Of a stretch of DNA of 64,000 nucleotides, positions 60,733-64,000 are shown piece after piece. The notes under the pieces are model-generated. The model was not told the DNA's origin. It ran no database searches and saw only the letters and a list, made by a program, of their open reading frames with translations. Positions within the stretch are counted from its first letter, which is position 1; every line of letters starts with the position of its first letter. A program made the position numbers and the translations under genes. Origin of the DNA: Bacteroidota bacterium (GTDB lineage Bacteria > Bacteroidota > Bacteroidia > 2-12-FULL-35-15). The stretch covers positions 2,056-66,055 of the forward strand of contig JAHEYB010000009.1 of NCBI GenBank assembly GCA_023251805.1, read 5' to 3'.

Positions 60733-60781
60733 CTAACACCGGCCAAAAGATATTTGGGCATTTCGCTCCGTAAGAAAAATT
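60733..60781 (+). repeat. Direct repeat, right copy, downstream of the Kelch cargo gene
   Basis: The sequence is CTAACACCGG-(13 nt)-GGGCATTTCGCTCCGTAAGAAAAATT. See the copy at 59300-59347. Confidence 0.7.
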
Positions 60782-60937
60782 ATGGTTGATTTATTACAAT
60801 ACTTTTTCAGTTCCGGCCATGTCCCCCTTTAAGTATAGAGAATTGTGCATTAGCGAAAATTCGTAATTCGTAAATAAAAATCATTAAATTTGTACCAAGA
60901 AGATTCCCTTGGAATAGTTCAAAAAAAATCAAAGACA

Positions 60938-61921
60938 ATGAGAGTAATCGAATTTCGTGAAGCACTTCGTGAAGCAATGAACGAAGAAATGCGCAGAGAT
61001 GAAAAAGTTTATTTAATGGGTGAAGAAGTTGCCGAATACAATGGTGCTTACAAAGTAAGTAAAGGCATGTTGGCAGAGTTTGGAGAAAAGCGTGTGATTG
61101 ATACACCCATAGCGGAGCTTGGTTTTACGGGCATTGCAATTGGTTCAGCTGTAAATGGTTTACGCCCAATTGTTGAATTTATGACCTTTAACTTTTCATT
61201 GGTGGCCATTGATCAGATTATTAATTCGGCTGCAAAAATGATGAGTATGAGTGGTGGACAGTTCCCTGTGCCTATCGTTTTTAGAGGAGCAACAGCTTCG
61301 GCAGGTATGTTAAGTTCTCAGCATTCACAGGCATTTGACAACTGGTATGCCAATTGTCCGGGTTTAAAAGTAATTGTTCCATCCAATCCATATGATGCGA
61401 AAGGCCTTTTAAAAGCAGCTATTCGTGATAATGACCCCGTTATTTTTATGGAGAGTGAACAAATGTATGGCGACAAAGGAGAAGTTCCTGAAGGCGAATA
61501 TATTATTCCAATAGGTGTTGCAGATATTAAACGTGAAGGAACAGATGTGACCATTGTTTCGTTTGGTAAAATTATGAAACAAGCATTAGCCGCAGCGATT
61601 GAATTAGAGAAGGAAGGAATTAGCGTTGAAGTAATTGATTTGCGCACCATTCGTCCGATTGATTATGCAACAGTTATTACCTCGGTTAAAAAAACAAATC
61701 GTTTAGTGATTGTGGAAGAAGCTTGGCCTTTGGGTTCTATTGCAACAGAAGTTGCATTTAAAGTTCAAAAAGATGCATTTGATTATTTAGATGCTCCCAT
61801 CTTAAGAATTACTCCGGCAGATGTTCCATTGCCTTATGCACCTACTTTAATTGAAGCATCTTTACCAAATGTAGAAAGAGTTGTGAAAGCGGTAAAGGAT
61901 GTAATGTATGTTAAGAAATAA
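60938..61921 (+). CDS. pdhB: Pyruvate (2-oxoacid) dehydrogenase E1 component beta subunit
   Basis: 'REALREAMNEEMRRDEKVYLMGEEVAEYNGAYKVS..DTPIAELGFTGIAIG' is a transketolase-like pyrimidine-binding domain, followed by the C-terminal domain. ATG at 60938 is preferred over TTG at 60890. No E1-alpha gene is adjacent. Confidence 0.9.
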   Translation: MRVIEFREALREAMNEEMRRDEKVYLMGEEVAEYNGAYKVSKGMLAEFGEKRVIDTPIAELGFTGIAIGSAVNGLRPIVEFMTFNFSLVAIDQIINSAAKMMSMSGGQFPVPIVFRGATASAGMLSSQHSQAFDNWYANCPGLKVIVPSNPYDAKGLLKAAIRDNDPVIFMESEQMYGDKGEVPEGEYIIPIGVADIKREGTDVTIVSFGKIMKQALAAAIELEKEGISVEVIDLRTIRPIDYATVITSVKKTNRLVIVEEAWPLGSIATEVAFKVQKDAFDYLDAPILRITPADVPLPYAPTLIEASLPNVERVVKAVKDVMYVKK

Positions 61922-62043
61922 GTTGAATAGGGAAATGGTTAAATAAGTTGAATAGGGAAATAGTTAAATAAGTTGAATAGGGAAGTAGTTAAATAAGTTG
62001 AATAGGGAAGTAGTTAAATAAGTTGAATAGGGAAATGGTTAAA
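61919..62043. repeat. Tandem repeat, 5 x 25 bp (TAAGTTGAATAGGGAARTRGTTAAA)
   Basis: Five head-to-tail units, the first starting with the pdhB stop codon TAA. Variants by copy are AATGG, AATAG, AGTAG, AGTAG, AATGG. A degenerate sixth unit follows. Stops in all frames make it non-coding. Confidence 0.9.
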
Positions 62044-62086
62044 TATTTAATTTAGGAAATGGGGAAGAAACGTATTTAAATAAAAT

Positions 62087-62121
62087 AAAAAAAACGCTTC
62101 GATTTTCGAAGCGTTTTTTTA
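62087..62121. terminator. Bidirectional rho-independent terminator between pdhB and the convergent adhesin gene
   Basis: An A-run, then ACGCTTCGA-ttt-TCGAAGCGT (62094-62114), then a T-run. Confidence 0.85.
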
Positions 62122-62187
62122 TTTAGTAAGCACAACGTTTTTATGTGAATTCAAATTTCCCCATTTTCCCGTTTCTCAATTAACTAA

Positions 62188-64000
62188 TTACTTAACAATA
62201 GTAACCGTTCCAATGTAACTGTGTTTTTTATCAAAGACGTCAGTTAATTTTACTTTCCAAACATATACATCTTGCTGTGCCATTTCACTTCCATGGTTGG
62301 CTTTTCCATCCCACAATTTATTGATATCATCAGAATACCATATTAAATTACCCCAACGGTCGAAAATCATAATTTCATATTTTTTAATTCCCACTCCTTT
62401 TCCTTGGAAATAATCATTCACACCATCGCCATTTGGAGAAAATGCATTTGGAATAAAGAACGTGAATTCAGGATCAATTACCACGGTATGAGTGACATCA
62501 TCAATACAACCATTTGCATCAGTTACTGTTAACGTAACACTGTAAGTTCCATCATATGCATTTGGAAAATCATGCGTAGGATTTGTTACACTAGAGTTAG
62601 CAGTGCCATCACCAAAACTCCAATCCCAAGTTAAAATGGGTGATGTGGATGTAGATTGGTCTGTAAAATTTACAGTAGGCTCTAAAATGTTAGCAGGGTT
62701 TGGCGAAGCTGTAAACTCAGCAATTGGATTGGCATACACTGTTATGTAATTTGTATACGTAGCCGATGAAGTACATCCACCCAAAGAAGACGTAACTGTT
62801 AATCCAACATTAAATGTTAAATTGCTTGTTCCAGTATTTGTATAACAATGTATCGGAGGATTTTGTGTGTTGTCAGTTGTTCCATCTCCAAATGTCCAGT
62901 TCCATGTTGAAATAACACCTCCCGCCACAGTAGAAGCATCGGTAAATGTTACACAAACGGGAGAGCATCCCGAAAGAATATCTCCCGAGAATACAACTAC
63001 AGGAAGCGGTAAAACGGTAACCGTAACAGTAGCCGTAACGGCTGGCGAACAACCATCGGTAACAGTAACAGTATAATTAGTTGTTACTGCCGGAGACGCA
63101 TTTGGATTTGAAATTGCAGCATTACTTAAACCTGTTGCAGGCGACCAAGAATAAACATATGGTCCACCGGTTCCATTTGAACCCGTTGCAGAAATAGGAG
63201 TGGACGCACCCGGACAAATTGAAACGGCAGGAGAAGCCACTACAGAAAGTGGTGGATTCACTGTAACCGTTACGTTAACAGGAGCAGCAGCGCAACCATT
63301 CACATCCGTTGCATTCACAGTATAAACAGTTGTGGCAACAGGTGAAGCAGTTGGATTTGGAATATTTGTAGCACTTAATCCTGCAGCAGGTGACCAAGTA
63401 TAAGAATACGGAGCACCATTTCCGCCACTGGCACTAGCAGTAAGTACTGTGCTTCCACCAAAACAAATTGTTGCAGAAGCAATCGGAGCAATTACAACAA
63501 TGCTTGGCTCAGTAATCGTTACGGTGGTTGTAGCGGTACATCCATTTGCATCTGTAATTGTGCATGTATAAGAGCCATCACATAATCCGGTAGCATTAGG
63601 AATTAATTGAGCAGGGATAGTATTCCAAGAATAGGCATAACCTGCACCAACTGTTCCTCCGTTTCCGGCAGCAGTTGCTGTTCCATCGCAGGCGCCATTA
63701 CAAGTAACTTGTGTTGACGCGGTTAACGATGCTGTTAATAATGTAGGCTCAAATACCGCAGTATCATTGGTTGCTGTACAGCCCCACGAGTCGGTAACAG
63801 TAACAGTGTAGGTACCAGGACAAAGTGAGCTACACGATGCAGCAACACAACCCGAATTCCATAAGTAAGTATAACCAGGTGTTCCACCATTTGGGATACA
63901 AATTGTTTGTCCGTTACAAGCTCCATTACAAGTAACATCAATACCAGCAATTGCAATAGTAATTTGTGGGTCGGCATAAATGGTTACGTTATCTGTTCCA
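62188..64000 (-). CDS. Second SprB-repeat/PKD-domain adhesin with T9SS type-B C-terminal sorting domain (5' end outside window)
   Basis: My manual translation shows the frame stays open from 63318 to 64000. For example it reads '..CNGACNGQTICIPNGGTPGYTYLWNSG..LCPGTYTVTVTDSWGC..TCNGACDGTATAAGNGG..YAYSWN..ITDANGC..'. The listed start at 63318 is only the first GTG in frame. There are two PKD-like units ('WNWTFGDG', 'WDWSFGDG'). C-terminus is 'FIPNAFSPNGDGVNDYFQGKG..IMIFDRWGNLIW'. Confidence 0.85.
   Translation of the reverse strand, partial: GTDNVTIYADPQITIAIAGIDVTCNGACNGQTICIPNGGTPGYTYLWNSGCVAASCSSLCPGTYTVTVTDSWGCTATNDTAVFEPTLLTASLTASTQVTCNGACDGTATAAGNGGTVGAGYAYSWNTIPAQLIPNATGLCDGSYTCTITDANGCTATTTVTITEPSIVVIAPIASATICFGGSTVLTASASGGNGAPYSYTWSPAAGLSATNIPNPTASPVATTVYTVNATDVNGCAAAPVNVTVTVNPPLSVVASPAVSICPGASTPISATGSNGTGGPYVYSWSPATGLSNAAISNPNASPAVTTNYTVTVTDGCSPAVTATVTVTVLPLPVVVFSGDILSGCSPVCVTFTDASTVAGGVISTWNWTFGDGTTDNTQNPPIHCYTNTGTSNLTFNVGLTVTSSLGGCTSSATYTNYITVYANPIAEFTASPNPANILEPTVNFTDQSTSTSPILTWDWSFGDGTANSSVTNPTHDFPNAYDGTYSVTLTVTDANGCIDDVTHTVVIDPEFTFFIPNAFSPNGDGVNDYFQGKGVGIKKYEIMIFDRWGNLIWYSDDINKLWDGKANHGSEMAQQDVYVWKVKLTDVFDKKHSYIGTVTIVK

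Noticed and set aside
58788-60937. A bona fide integron or integrative element at the lhgO-pdhB gap.
   Set aside because: There is no integrase, recombinase or transposase ORF in or near the interval. The second repeat copy lacks a convincing attC-type palindrome. I kept only a low-confidence 'cassette-like' finding.
61919-62043. Possible CRISPR array (regular 25-bp repeats).
   Set aside because: The units are directly abutting with no spacers. The unit is AT-rich and non-palindromic, and no cas genes are nearby. It is a plain tandem repeat.
63735-63977. 80-aa minus-strand ORF 'MPTHKLLLQLL...'.
   Set aside because: It is out of frame with the open SprB-repeat reading frame, which I traced by hand through 63318-64000. 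That frame gives canonical repeat motifs and this one does not.

Overview
The window looks like a low-GC Bacteroidota chromosomal segment. No tools were run; all family calls come from reading the translated ORFs and motifs.

Most of it is densely packed housekeeping genes: hemW, apbC/nifU, pyrG, gdh, cdsA, ftsH, rsfS, birA, pyrE, coaD, rsmD, mscL, icd, amt, lhgO and pdhB.

Two kinds of accessory content interrupt this backbone:
- Type IX secretion (T9SS) cell-surface cargo. The largest is an 8.6-kb gene (6638-15265) encoding about 30 cysteine-rich SprB-type repeats with a type-B C-terminal sorting domain. A PorP/SprF-family gene follows it directly. A second SprB-repeat/PKD type-B cargo gene runs off the right edge (62188 to beyond 64000, minus strand). 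There are also three small type-A cargo genes.
- A rich set of short non-coding repeat families. These are GC-rich hairpin elements (two of them translated inside hemW), a 23-nt 'TTCGACTACGCTCAGGATGACGG' family at gene 3' ends, two MITE-like elements with 21-bp and 32-bp terminal inverted repeats bracketing a TonB-dependent receptor gene, a 21-bp inverted repeat built from heptamers, and a 5 x 25-bp tandem array that begins in the pdhB stop codon.

A Kelch-type T9SS cargo gene and a tiny membrane ORF lie between lhgO and pdhB. The Kelch gene is bracketed by ~48-bp direct repeats, giving a cassette-like arrangement.

I found no rRNA, tRNA, CRISPR array, transposase, integrase or recognisable defence or toxin system. 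The candidates for something undescribed are therefore structural and regulatory, and are listed as findings with caveats.
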